The notes under the pieces: model-generated
Seen by the model: the letters and a program-made list of their open reading frames with translations, nothing else
Database searches by the model: none
Told to the model about the DNA's origin: nothing
From: Thalia democratica
Lineage: Eukaryota
Reading direction: 5' to 3'
Length of the DNA stretch: 64,000 nt
NCBI GenBank assembly: GCA_965202585.1
Contig: OZ241826.1
Span: forward strand, 70,928,001-70,992,000
Position numbers and translations under genes: made by a program
In this document: piece after piece, positions 14,368-27,100 of the stretch
Layout: the number at the start of each line of letters is the position of its first letter
Numbering within the stretch: the stretch's first letter is position 1

Positions 14368-16559
14368 ATTTCCAGCTGATTGAGTTTTAATTAATTTTAT
14401 GCTTCCAAATACTTTTGTTTTTTAACTTTCAGTTTTCAGTTAAGCGATTTTGGGAGCACATGCTATCTAAAACTGCATCAACATTTGTACTATTTTAACT
14501 AGTGTGGTAGAGCTTTCATTAACATCTTACAGTTTAAAAGTCCGCGGCATGAATTTATAAAACGTGTTTAAACTGGCAGATTTTTTTTTTCTAAACTTGA
14601 AAACAAAAAGTATCAAAAAATTGAATTAAATAAAAAGCTAAGTTTCTTACTAATAACCTTTACAATTCTTTCTTTAAAACTTTTCAAATCTTTTGGTAGT
14701 TAAAAATATAAGCTATAGTATAAAAAAAAGTTACTTTACGAAACAACTTTAAGAAAAGTAATCAAACTGTATTCGATTCTTGTCTATAAATCAAAGCAAT
14801 AAATATTTTGTAAACTAGTGTGTTTATTATAAATATATTGAATTACTTTTAAATGATTAAGAAATTAATTTTCCTTTAAATTTTAATCAGGAAAGTTTGT
14901 AACTTAGTACTGGGGACGTCGCTTATGGTGAATCATTTGAGCAGATGATTCATTAAAAAATATAAACAAACTTGTCATAGTTTTATAAACTCTTAAAATT
15001 ACTATTTTTTTATTAAATTTTTGTTTACAAAAGGTTAGTTGTAATTTTATTTGTTTTATTTTTACAAAATTACTTTTTTTAAATATGGAAAAGTTAAGCA
15101 TTTTTGTACTACTAGTAAATTTTCCGCACCACTTAACATAAGTACAACGCGTCGCCACTACTCTGTTCCTTTAACTATTAAGAAAAATTAAAGTTTTTTT
15201 TTGAAGTAATAAATAAAAACTTTTGTTTTTAAGTTAAGTTTATACTAAGCCTAAAAGTATCTAAAAATTCCTTGAAAAATATTATTTGTTAAATTTGAAG
15301 TGAATACTGATTAAATTTGTAATCTTAGCTTTTAAATCAAGTATGTTTAAATTCGGCTGACACTTTTATCTGTATACTAAAATAATTATTTTATGAAATC
15401 TTTGAAAAATTTTGTGACAATTAAAGTTACATATTTAAACTTTTTTACATAAAAAAAACAGTAATTTAAGTTGTATTAAAAATATAACTTTAAGTTACAA
15501 GTTTAATTTTTAAATAACATTTAGATAAACATAAGAGAACTTTAGTTTTGAGTTTTTATAATTTTTTATTTTAGTTTGCACATTACTCTTAGCTTTTTAA
15601 AACATCCAGTATATAAATATGAAATTAGTGAAAGAATTTAGTTTTTTTAGGTATTGCTTATCAATACTTAATTTAAGAAATTTTAGATTTTACTTTTGCG
15701 AAAAAAGTTATTGTACGATACTTTAAATACATTTCTACAGTACATAAAAGTTTAGCAAACATATGTTAAGAGCTTTAGCTACAAAACTAAACTAAAAAAC
15801 CTAAGAATTTTACGAATCAAAGACGAACATATAAACTTTAATGATACATAAATACATAATTTTGATATATAACCAACAGTCGTCATTAAAATTCATGTAA
15901 AAGAAACAAAAAGAATTACTTCTAATTGTAGGGAGCCTCAAAATAATCCATATAACTCAAAAACTTTTGTAAAATTATAAGAAGTAATATTCATACATCG
16001 CTAATTTTTTTTTATTAGCTTCTGATATAAAGTAGTTTTTTTTCACATTTATTAGTTTATCATAGAATTCAAAACAAAAAAGTTAATAGTTATGTTAAAC
16101 AAAAGTGTATATACCTATTTCTTGAAAAGATAATCAAAAAAAAGTTTTTATGTTCTAGTTTTAATAAAAATAGTTAAACATACTCTGCATAAACTTTATC
16201 GTTAAAAAATGAATATAAATAATTAAACTGTATACTGATGAATGAAGGATATTTTTTTGTTTTTTAATGAAATAAAAGAGTTGTTTCTTGACTTTTTCAC
16301 AGCTCTTTATGGTTATTTTCTGTTTTTTCTTCGTCCAGCGCATCAATCACAATTTCTGTTTAAAACAAAATTGCTATTAATTTGAAACTAATAACTTTTT
16401 TCAACCATTACTTGTATTTGTGGGGAAATTATTATTATTATAAATTGAAAAATGAAAGAATCACTAGTTAATTTAGATGAGATAAATGTTATAATTTTTT
16501 TATTTTGTATTACTTTTAATTGAAAATTTTTGAATTTTACTGATATTTATAGAATTTTA

Positions 16560-18330
16560 ATTAAATCTCTCTAGTTTTAAGCGAAAATGTTACATCCTGT
16601 GGTGAATTGTTCCATAGTCTTTGCTGTGTGAAAAAAAAAAGAACCTTGCCACTGACTGTTGTTAAAATTATTTATACATTTTATTTCTTTATTTTTCCAC
16701 TTAATGATATTTATTATGGGAAAAACTGAAAAACTGACTGAAAAAACCTTATACTTGCCATTAATAACTTCATAAAGAGTAAATAAATCAAATTCTCATC
16801 TTCGATGTTCTAGAGATTTCAATTCAAGTTTAACCATTCTATCAATATATGATGTATTGGATATGTTACAACGATTACATATAAAACGGGTCAAATTTCT
16901 TTGCACAGACTCAATTTTATTAATGTCTTTTTTTAAATAGGGTGACCAAGTTTGGGTACCTAAATTAGTTTTAAAACTTGTTGATATTTGATAAGATGAA
17001 CGATTTTTTATTTAATTTGATGATTAAACGTGATGTGTTCGTTACCTTTCTTATGGGCTAGAATAACAAAAAACATTTTCCACTATTTTGGTGCTTCAGA
17101 TAACTTTATAGAGCAATTGAAAATTAATAAAAGTGGAAAAATGTTTGATGTAATTGCACACTTAATAAATTAGGGCGGGATAACTTCTGGGGTTCTAAAG
17201 ATTTTATCTTTTAGGTGGTAAATTGAATTTTTAATGCCTTCATAAGTTATAAAAAGCTTTGCATTTTACTACAATTTTTTTTAGCTAGTTTAAACTTTGT
17301 TGGTTATCATCTTTTATCAATACTTTTTGAAAACTTCTGTTAAAAAGTGAGGCTATTTTAAAATCTGAGGTTACTATTTTATCTTTATCATTGTCTTTTA
17401 AAAGGGCTATTGCAGTACTTCATTTAAGTATAGATTTTACGTAACAATAAAACTTTTGCAATGATGGATTATTCTAAATCTGGATATGTCATATTTCCTA
17501 GCACAATCTCTATTATTTATTAGATGTTCTGCAACTGAAATTAATACAATAGCAACAAAAAACGTTTAAAAACAAATAATAGAGATTGTGCTAGGAAATA
17601 TGACATATCCAGATTTAGAACAAAACTTTTTTTAAATTGGGTTTTTGCAGAATTTTTCTTCATATTCAAAATTGTATTTTTTAACGGTTAATTGATGTTC
17701 TTTCTCTTATTTTTATAATTTTTAAAAAATGTTTTATTTGTTTTACATTTTTGTTCAGAATTAGTTTTTTTGATAATCTTATGTGAAATGGATATTTCTT
17801 ACTTTTGTTGTTTTTAGAACAAAGTGGTATAAAACGTTTAATTGAGGTTTAGATTAAGCTAATGAATTGGTCATAAAAATTTAAGAGATTTTTTGACTTG
17901 TTAAGTAATTAGGTCCAATTATTTTTTGACAGGTAATTATTGATATTTTTTAAATCTGTTCTTTAAAATCATATGAACGTTTTTTAGCATTAGGTACTTT
18001 TTTATTTTCAAATTTTATTTTAAATAAAATCAAGTTATGGTCACATGTATTTGTTAATGGAAGAGTAAATTTATGAGATATGATTCTATCTAGCTAGACC
18101 AAATTTATTGAAAATTAAGAGATCAAGTATGTTTCCATTTTTATGAGTTGGACTTTCGATTACCTGAGATAAAAAATTATTTGTGCAAAAATTAAGAAAA
18201 CACTCATGGGATTTATTGTAGTCTGTGCTAGGAGTTGTTCAGTTTATGTTTGGCAGATTAAAATCCCCAAGAACATAAAAAGAATAGTCATTTTAAAAAA
18301 AATATTTCAATTTTTCTAATTACTTTTTAT
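16560..18330 (-). mobile_element. Decayed, internally deleted CR1/L2-type non-LTR retrotransposon ORF2
   Basis: Minus-strand translation with stops and frameshifts gives APE endonuclease motifs (VLGDFNLP ~18260, SPTHKNGNILDLL ~18130, CDHNLI), the RT N-terminal segment IFNCSI..AP.*WK..V...HKKG (~17070), and C-terminal TWSPYLKKDINKIESVQR...SYIDRM..LELKSLEHRR.EFDL..YEVING (~16770-16950) and WNNSPQDV (~16600). Confidence 0.85.
17472..17620. repeat. Perfect 46-bp inverted repeat with 57-bp spacer inside the LINE relic
   Basis: 17472-17517 TTCTAAATCTGGATATGTCATATTTCCTAGCACAATCTCTATTATT is the exact reverse complement of 17575-17620. Confidence 0.92.
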
Positions 18331-18501
18331 TTTTTCTTTACAAAAACCTTTATTAATATAACTAAATTTAAATATCAAAACAATAGTTATTACAACATGC
18401 ATTGTATGCTATTGTGAGCTACCTCAAAAAATTACAGACTGATTTTTAAATATCTAACAGGTTTTGAAAAATATTTTTATTTTTGACTTCAAAAACACTT
18501 T

Positions 18502-21500
18502 CTAACCTTCAACTTCTTCTTGGCTATTTTCTTCAACATGTTCGCTTTCAGCTTGTTGAGGTTCACCGATGTCAAACACAACAGTGGCGCTCGCTTTCGG
18601 AATCACTGTGACGTCAAACTCGACGACGTTTTCATCGGCGTACACGTCATAGGAGAGGTTGCCCTTGGAAACGAGGGCTTCGTAGGCTTGCTCTGCCTGC
18701 AAGGACACTGTGCCGTTGTTGTACGCAATTGTTTCAGCTGCAATTGTTTTTTGTTTTTTCGAGTACATAATAACTATTTTTAACCATTGTAGATGTCTAT
18801 GTAATAATTTTTGGGAGACTTTGCAGGGGTCGGCAAGCTGAGGTCCTCAAAGCAAAAACCTGAGGTCCGGGAGTTACTTTTCTGCTCAAATCATACATTT
18901 TTTTAAACAATAAAAAAAAATGTTTTGTGGTAAAAGCTTACAATTAAGTCCTTAACTTTAAATTTACTTATAACTAAAGCTCACTATTGCTTTTTATATC
19001 GCATTGTTAGTCTAAAATAATATTGTTATGTTGATTATTACAAATATTTTTTAATGTGGTCTGCGGATGAAATAATTTAAAGAGTGCGATCCGCGAGCAA
19101 TTTATTATAGAAAATTTATTTCGTGACTTATAAAAGGCTGCCGCCCCTGCTTTATAGTGTTAGCCGAATTTGAAGCTTTACTAGTGGCAAAACATTTAAC
19201 TGCTTTGTTACATATCTTTTTTGTTAAAACTCAAAAAGTTAGGGTAAAGGTTAAGATTAGACTATGGTTTATGGTTAGAGTGCACGTAAGGTTTAAGAAA
19301 TAGGAAATAAAAAAACAAGGCAGATAATAATAATCAAACAAACAGCGTATCGGTAAAAAAACTGCATGTTCACAAAGCAGCTAAAAATTCGGCTCTAACT
19401 TAAAAGCCTACCATAGTTTTTTATTAAAAGATTCCGATTATTAAAATCACCTATGACCGTGAAATCTCACGTAGTTAAACTTACAAACTTTTATTTGTTA
19501 TTTTATTCAATAATATTTAAGTTTTTTAGAGTTTTTTAATTTATAAAGTTAACATTTTTGTAATTAAAGTTTAAATCTTTGACTATAAGCTAAGCACTTA
19601 CGATCAAAATAATACTTTCAAAGCAGCTACCTGACAGTATTTTGTTATAATCTATACCGCTCAAACTCAAGCTTCTTGTGCAGGGTGCTGAACCAAGATT
19701 GGCGATTCCAAACACAACACGCTTGTCTGATTGGACACTTATAAGGACACATTCTTCGGAGTTGACCCACTGCTTTTTTGTAACTTTCATATCTGAAAAA
19801 ATTAGCACAGTGTTTTGTTATGTTCTTAAGTATATGATTTGTTTTTAAGTACAAAAATTGTTTTAAACTCATTTTTTTCTTTTTTTTTAACCTTTTATTA
19901 CTATTGATAAGATTACTTTTAAATAATTATCTAACTTCATATTATTAAGATAAAACATTTAAAACTGCGTTCAAGCAGATAAAGCTTGTCGTAGGTAAAA
20001 GTTAAATTTGAAAAATCATTTTCTTGCTAATTTTTTTAAATTTATACTTGTTTTTAGCAGTTTCTTAAATCAAACACCACTTTATAAGTAAGTGTCTCAA
20101 AAACGCTGTTATACACTTTATATATACACATATCAATCTGTTTAATGTTAAACTTAATTATTTTAATAATAAAACACAAATAGCTCAAAACTTCACCAGC
20201 GTCAACGTAAGGTAAAAATGTGGAAAGTGCTGCATAGAGCTGCTTAGCCCTGCTCTCCCGATCGAACAACCCGAAACAAGAAGTTGACCAATTGTGATCG
20301 AACAAATGATCGTACACAACTGTGCGTGCACCGTTCGAGTAAAATGTGAAAATATCAGCTAGGATGCGTACTCCTGATTAGTAGTAAAAACATAACTATA
20401 TAAACGTTATATAATTGTATTCAATACCAGAAACCATGATGCCTGAATTTAATTATTTACCGCTATAACTATATTTAAACATTATTAATTTAAAGTTTCA
20501 ATACTTTATGTTTCTATTGACAAATGTGAAAAAAAAATTTCGATCTAAATTCAGAGTTTTGCAAGTATTTACAGTTGTTATTTTTAACCTACAGCTGGAG
20601 CTTGTGAGAAAGAGTTTTCTAAATAATCTGATTTGTGTATATAAGCTCCATAAAGCTTTTCATAGCAATCTTCTCCATTGTTTGATAGGTCATAATCTCC
20701 TACAAATTCAGAGTTTTTCAACCTCAAACCGAAGTAGACTACCAAAGGCTTCTTAGGCCAATCGCTCGGAATCAAATTCTACAGAAAAATAAACTGTTAC
20801 AAACTATCTATTTTTGTATATAGCGAAGTAGATTTTACTTTTATAAGTTTTCCAAAACGCAAAATTTGCTTTTCAAGAGCAAGTAGCGATCTTCCGTCAT
20901 CCCAAATTCTGAAGCTCCACTTATTGAGCGCATCGTATGCCTCGCGGTCTTGACCTATAAAAAGTATTAAAGTTCAAGTCTAAACCATTAGTAAAACAAT
21001 AACACAAAACAACATACATAAATTGAATTGAATTTTAAAAAGTTTTGTTAGATATTAAATGTTATGAACATTACACTTCGTTTTTTTACAACATTAGAGT
21101 TGAAAATTAGGATTGAAGTAAATTAGTAGTTTTGTTTTTGTGAAGTACATATAATATTAAGTTTTAAGCCTTATCATATTTAAGATAGCATCCTTTAAGT
21201 TTAAGTTAAGTAGTTTAAAACATTTAAATAAATTCATTGTAAGGCAAAGTTTCCGATAAAGTTGTATACTATAATATACAAACAATTTTAGATAACAAAC
21301 TTATAAGTTTTATATAATCTTCAGTAGCCTCAGGAGTCGATGTGGCTGGCCCTATTATTTTGTTATCTTGACCACTTTCTTTTAATTCCTTGGAAACTTC
21401 TTTCAATGCATACAAGTAGTCCTCAGGTTCCATATAGATGCTTCCCTCTTTGTTGTCCGGCTCGTCGGTTAGTTCAAAGTACGGAATAGTAAAACCTTTG

Positions 21501-23433
21501 ACAGTTTTGAAAGTTTGTTTTTATCTTTGTATAACTTCATGTAACCAAACTGTAGCTAAATAATGATCAATTGCTAAAATAAATAAAAAATTGTTTTTGT
21601 TAATTTATTTGCATTTATTTAAATATTGCATAAAAAGTACTAATAATGTAAAATGCTTAATTTAAACATATTGAAAAAAGTTTTTGTTAGCGTTTTGAAG
21701 TTTAGAGTATTTTTTACTATCTAAATACTTGTGCTTTTAAACCGATAAAAATAAAGTGTATCTAATTAAAACTATGTAATAATTTTTCATATTCATGTAC
21801 AACAAGTCGGTCATTATAAATTAAAAAAGTAGGCTAAATATGCACCTTTAAAATTTTTAAGTGTTATCAAAAAAATAATATTAATAAAAACGTTTCGAGT
21901 TATTTAAATTAAAAACTAACAAATTAAAAAAACAATTAAGTTTTAAAAACTAAGTGTTTGAAATACCATTCACCCAAATCAACATTTTTTTATTAATTAA
22001 TTTCTACCTTCGTTCTTTACATATTCCAAGGAATATATCCAGAACTTTACATAATCATCAATTCTACTACGCATGAGTAAGTTGTATGAATCTCCTTCTG
22101 CTGACTGGTCTAAAACTTCTTTTGCGTCCTCCCAGGTCTAAAAAATACACATAGCTCTTTAATAATATTTTTCATTTATTGAATATTTGTACTAAATATA
22201 AATTAATTTTAAAACTACTTTACTGAATGTATTCTTTTTTATGTCTATATTAGCTAACTTTTAGAGAAAAAAGATAAGTACTAAATGTGTTTAACTGTTT
22301 AAGCTAAATTCAAAAATCAAACTCACTACGTTCTTATCAATCCTCTCGATTTGATTAGGTGTTGAATAGTATGCATTTGGTGGATTAGTGAAAGAATTGA
22401 TTAGCGCAATATCGTTAACTCTTAAAACTTCACTAGTGTTCTAAATATAAAAATAAAAGCATGTCTAATTTTGAAGCTATTATAACAAAAAAAAGTTTTT
22501 ATTTCATAATTACTTATTTTTACACAGCTTTATACCAAAACTGTCATAAAGTATAGCTTGATTTAAAGTTATTATTTATTAAAAGTGTAGAAACAAAGTG
22601 TTTGTTTTTTTTTGTTTTTTAAATGCATATGTATGATAAACTTTTAAAAACACATTTAAAACTTGAGCATAGAATGACATTACAAACTTTTTAAAAAAAT
22701 CCATATATATTTGAAACTTGAATTTACGACAATAACTGATAAGTAATAACTATTTAAGATATATACAGTATTAAAAATACAAATGTCTCACTTGTAATAA
22801 AATTTTATAAGTTGTTAGTATGTTGACAATAGTAAATTACAAATTATAACTTTCATAGAGTCCATATAGTAGGCGAGGTTGATGTAAACAGTTTCTATCC
22901 AGTCCTTCAACTTTTGGTCTCCTTCATTGACAGGAGCTGGTCCCGCGGCTGAAACTTCCCAAACTGCGCCCCACATTGCTGTATTCAATGATGGACCCAA
23001 CTTCTTTAAGAACTCTTCGTTTCTAAACAAAGTAGTTTTGTTATTGCTTACATATATGAAGGCTATAAAAGCAAAACCAAGTTGATAAAATTATTAATTT
23101 GTTTAATATTTAAATATGAAATCTTTATTTTAAAAGTTTATAATTTACTCAATTTTTTTTTTCAATAATTTTTTTAGTTCTGCTATTTCACTGTGCTAGC
23201 AAATAATTTTAATATGATTAATAAACTAAAAATGCAGCTAACCGCTCAAAATCATTAGAAAAAACTCTAGCTCCAAAATTTATTGTCCGTTTTCCTGAAA
23301 ACTTTGATAGATCTACTTCGAAAAATTCCTGAGGCTCATTAGATATATCTACATTAGATATATCTATTTCTGCTTGAGCTGAAGCAAGTATTGAAGCTAA
23401 TGCTATCAACATGGTTTCATTGAAAACTTGCAT
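18502..23433 (-). CDS. Secreted glycoside hydrolase clan-A (GH30-like) protein, 10 exons, 572 aa, catalytic motifs degenerate
   Basis: Exons 23433-23243, 23022-22851, 22440-22327, 22137-22008, 21495-21301, 20954-20839, 20778-20589, 20373-20197, 19792-19631, 18773-18502 join in frame (1719 nt). N-terminal hydrophobic leader. The stretch YVKNEGFTIPYFELTDEPD...MEPEDY...LKESGQDNKIIGPATS...YIKLISQDREAYDAL resembles the GH30 acid/base region; late-barrel FGLFD..SRAKQLYAAL; beta-rich C-terminus ending IPKASATVVFDI. Family assigned by motif recognition only. Confidence 0.72.
18824..19149. mobile_element. hAT (Charlie-like) MITE in the last intron of the GH30-like gene
   Basis: Termini CAGGGGTCGGCAAGCT ... 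AGGCTGCCGCCCCTG are imperfect inverted repeats of hAT type; internal GAGGTCC/GGTCTGCGG motifs; no clean TSD. Confidence 0.65.
19159..19399. mobile_element. Small TIR element adjacent to the hAT MITE
   Basis: GTTAGCCGAATTT ... AAATTCGGCTCTAAC inverted ends; internal degenerate GGTTAG-like repeats. Confidence 0.45.
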
Positions 23434-24077
23434 AATTGTCTTCTTTTTTAAGTTGTAGAAATGTTATTATCAATTTTTATACAAAAAACTAAACGTAACT
23501 AATAATATTTCAAAAACAAATTTATTAGGAATGATATTGAAGAAATATATGAAAAATGTATATACATATATAATTAGTAAAAAGTTTATCACAAAACTGT
23601 ATTTAAGTAAAATAAAGTCTTTATGACCAAAGTCATAAGTGAAAACTATATCGAACACTATGAACTAAACTTTCTGACTGATTTATTTCAAAAAAACATA
23701 TTAGTTTAAGTTATACTACCTATCTTAATCGATGTTCTTTAAAACACACGTATATGTTGATAATGTTAAGAAGCTATTCGTCAACTAGCTCATACGTCAT
23801 AAACAAACATTGTGAGAACTTTTCCACATGCCAAAGTTTTTTTTATTTTAAATTGGCGCAAACTTAGAAAAAAATCTAAAATTAAGTATTAAAATTTTAT
23901 GAATATATTTTTTAATAAAATGGTTTGCTTATTTTAAATTCCTTGGCTTGATTTAAGCAAATTTAATGTTAAAGTTTAGGCATGTATTACTATTTAGCAC
24001 AACGTTAATCTTTAAAAAACATATTAGCGAATAAAACTTTAATAATAAAAAAATAAAACCTTAATAGTTTATAGTTT

Positions 24078-24183
24078 ATTGAACGATAAAAAAAGGCGTT
24101 CAAAATGATTGGTCCCAGCACAAAGAACCTTTTGGTTATCGGGTCGCACACCATGAATACCTTTTAATGTCTTGTCCAGGACA
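24078..24183 (+). repeat. AACC-TTTC-GGTT hairpin family repeat, solo arm including the outer end
   Basis: ATTGAACGATAAAAAAAGG...GAACCTTTTGGTTATCGGGTCGCACACCATGAATAC...GTCTTGTCCAGGACA. Confidence 0.8.
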
Positions 24184-27100
24184 TTAAATATTACATATTT
24201 AATGTTTAAATATGTAATAAAAAAAATTTTAGTTCTTTTTGAACATAGATTTTATTTATACAAACTAGCTTTATTCTACTGTATTCAATTTAAAAGGGTT
24301 TAATTTTCATTTAAATCCCCAAAAAAAAAAAAGCTAGCTGTTTATGATTAAATCAACAATTTAAGTTTTAAAATCATTTTATAAAGTCTATGGTTACTAA
24401 AAAACTTTTTTTAAGTATTTAATTTGTTTAAAATAAAACTCTTTCTTAACTACGGTAAAAAAATAACGGTTTTTAATTATTACAAGTTTATTGAATTTTC
24501 ACTTGTTGTTCATGTTTTATTTCAACCTAACTTTAATAATTACTATTTAGCTACCATTATGAACATAAATATGTACAAAAAACTAAATACTCATCCCTTA
24601 TAAGTTGTATTTTGAATTATTTATCTTAATTTAAATAGTTCCGTTTTCTCGGTTTAGTAAAAAAATGAGTTTTTTCAAGTATTTTTCTAAACTTAGAAAG
24701 TTTACAGATTTTTAAAACAATTGTTGTAAACTTAAATACTATATTCACTACAAACCAAACCATCGACTACTAAAAAAAGTTAACAAAATCAATATATTAC
24801 CGTGTTTTTTTTTTTTTTGAATAACTTTCAAAAACTTCATTAGTAAAGCTTTAATCAGTATTTTAAGAACTTAAACTTTGGATGATACGGAAGAAGATGT
24901 TCAGTAAAAACATTATTTTTTTTTTTTTTTTTGAAAATAAAGACAAAGCAAACTTTTTTTAGTGTATTTAGTATTTTTTAAATCAAAAGTAAAGCTTAAT
25001 GTTGAAACTTAATACATTGAAGAAAAATTTAACTGATGTTTAGAACTTAAGTTATTCCAAAAAACATAAATTTCAGACTTCACATAATCTAATTATAAAA
25101 ATGGAATTAAAAAAGGTATAACAAATAACATATTAATAAAAGTTTTTTTTTTGCTTTACATGACAATAATGAGATAAAAGGACTCTGACTGAAAAATGCT
25201 TCAGCTTAAATGATTGTCTTTCAATTTAAATTTAAACAATACATACTGTCTTTTTTCATAAGTAAAGAAAAAAGTTTTGTTGAACAGTATTTTCCTGCAA
25301 AAATTATATCAATAACTAAAAGGCCCATATTGCTTTAAGTAATTTAACAAACAACAAAAGTCTTTATAAGTTGTTTTATGGTCAAGCTTAAGAGTTTATT
25401 TTATAGCAAAACAAAAGGGATGAAGTATTAAAACTAAAAATAAATGTAATATTTGTGTCCCTATTAACACTAAAATTTAGACTACACTGCAAGTATATCA
25501 ACAGTAAAAAAAACACCTCATCTTTGCTGAGTAAAGCCAAAACAACAACGAAATCCTAACAACAAAACAATTATTACTTTTGATATGAGCTATAGTTTTC
25601 ATACAGCTTGTTGTTTCTATAACTAAAACTATGCTTAAGTGTTAAAAATTGTATTATTATGCTCTCTATATATGTTCTATCTTAAAAATTTGATCACTTT
25701 TTACTAGAGCCAGTTCGCTAAAAAAAATTAGACTATGTTTAAGATTTTGTTTTTAAGTTATCACACTAAACTTGATTGAAGGCGGAGAATTATTTTATGA
25801 TTTCTGAAATTTTTTATTGGCTAGTTAATTTATATGATGCTTTCATTTTGCTACAGTTTTGAAATTGTGTATCTCTTTTGATTTTAACAGGGTTTTTATA
25901 AAGAAAAGTCTTCTTAAAACATCTAATTAAGTAAAACTTATATTTATTGAGCTATCTTTTTTGGCTTGTTTTGACTGCAATTAAGTATTTTAAACTTCAG
26001 AGCCAAAGATCAGTTTGAATTTTTATATTTGCTAGTAGACAGTTTAGTTTTAAATTCTTAACTTCGACTTAGAGTAGATGATTTTTAAATTGTTACTTTT
26101 ACTTATATACTCAAAATTTAATGTAAAAGCCAGTCTTAATATGTTATTAGTTTACTCTCTAAAAACATATCTTCTACAACGAAAATAACTTTTTTAAACT
26201 GTCAAATTTTTTATTTTTCTTTTCCAAAAAAAAAAAAAATACTTTTCTAGCTACCCTCCTAATGGACAATTATTATTTTAAAAATATTGAAAAATAAATT
26301 AGTTTCCATTATTCAAGGAGTTTTTATTTGAAATTTTTAAATAAAATTTGAAAATTTGTTTAAAATTGATATTGAGCTGATATATATGTTAAGCTAAGTA
26401 AAATAGGAATTAAAATATTAGTTTACGCTGAATATTTGTACAAATACATTTGAAAAATCCATTACTTATAAGATTTTTTTATAATGAAAAAGAAATGCTT
26501 AAAAATTGACTTTGAGGACCTAGTGTATATAAAGACCTTACGACCATCAAACCATACTCACAAGTTGTAATAGTCAATAATAACTTGCTTAACGATTTAT
26601 AAATGTTTCATATTAGAAAAATATATTTAGTTATTTTAATTAAACTATCGATGGCTACCATTTTAGATTTTTAAATAAGTATAAAATGTTGTTTTTAAGC
26701 CGTATAATTGTTTCTGGTGAAAGTAAAGCTTTTTTTAAACATATGTCAATTTGAACAAATTATCTCCATAAAAACGTAAAAATTTTAACACTTATCGTTT
26801 TTCAGTTAAATTTTGTTACTTCAAAAGATCTTAAACCACTATTTTGATCTTAAACCAAACTTATTAAACATTAAAGTTTTCAATTTATTATCAGTATTTA
26901 ATTGTAATGCATTCTGATAATACTATTAAAACTTTGACTATCTAACAAGTATCAACAAAAAAATTTCAAAAAAGCCAATGAAAAAGTAATTATCTTTAAA
27001 ATGTTTTTTTTGTTTAAAATAGTTTTATTTATAAAAAACTACCACTCAGAAAAAACGTTATCAATTAACCATAACATGAAATTTTAAACAGCAATTTAAC

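Noticed and set aside
18520-20756. ORFs 18520-18783 (+), 19645-19872 (-) and 20508-20756 (+)
   Set aside because: Opposite-strand or alternate-frame overlaps of GH30-like exons.
20839-20875. Possible GC-AG donor (GAAAA|GCAAAT) in GH30-like exon 6
   Set aside because: Wrong phase for the next exon; a canonical GT donor at 20838 gives an in-frame join with a 60-nt intron.
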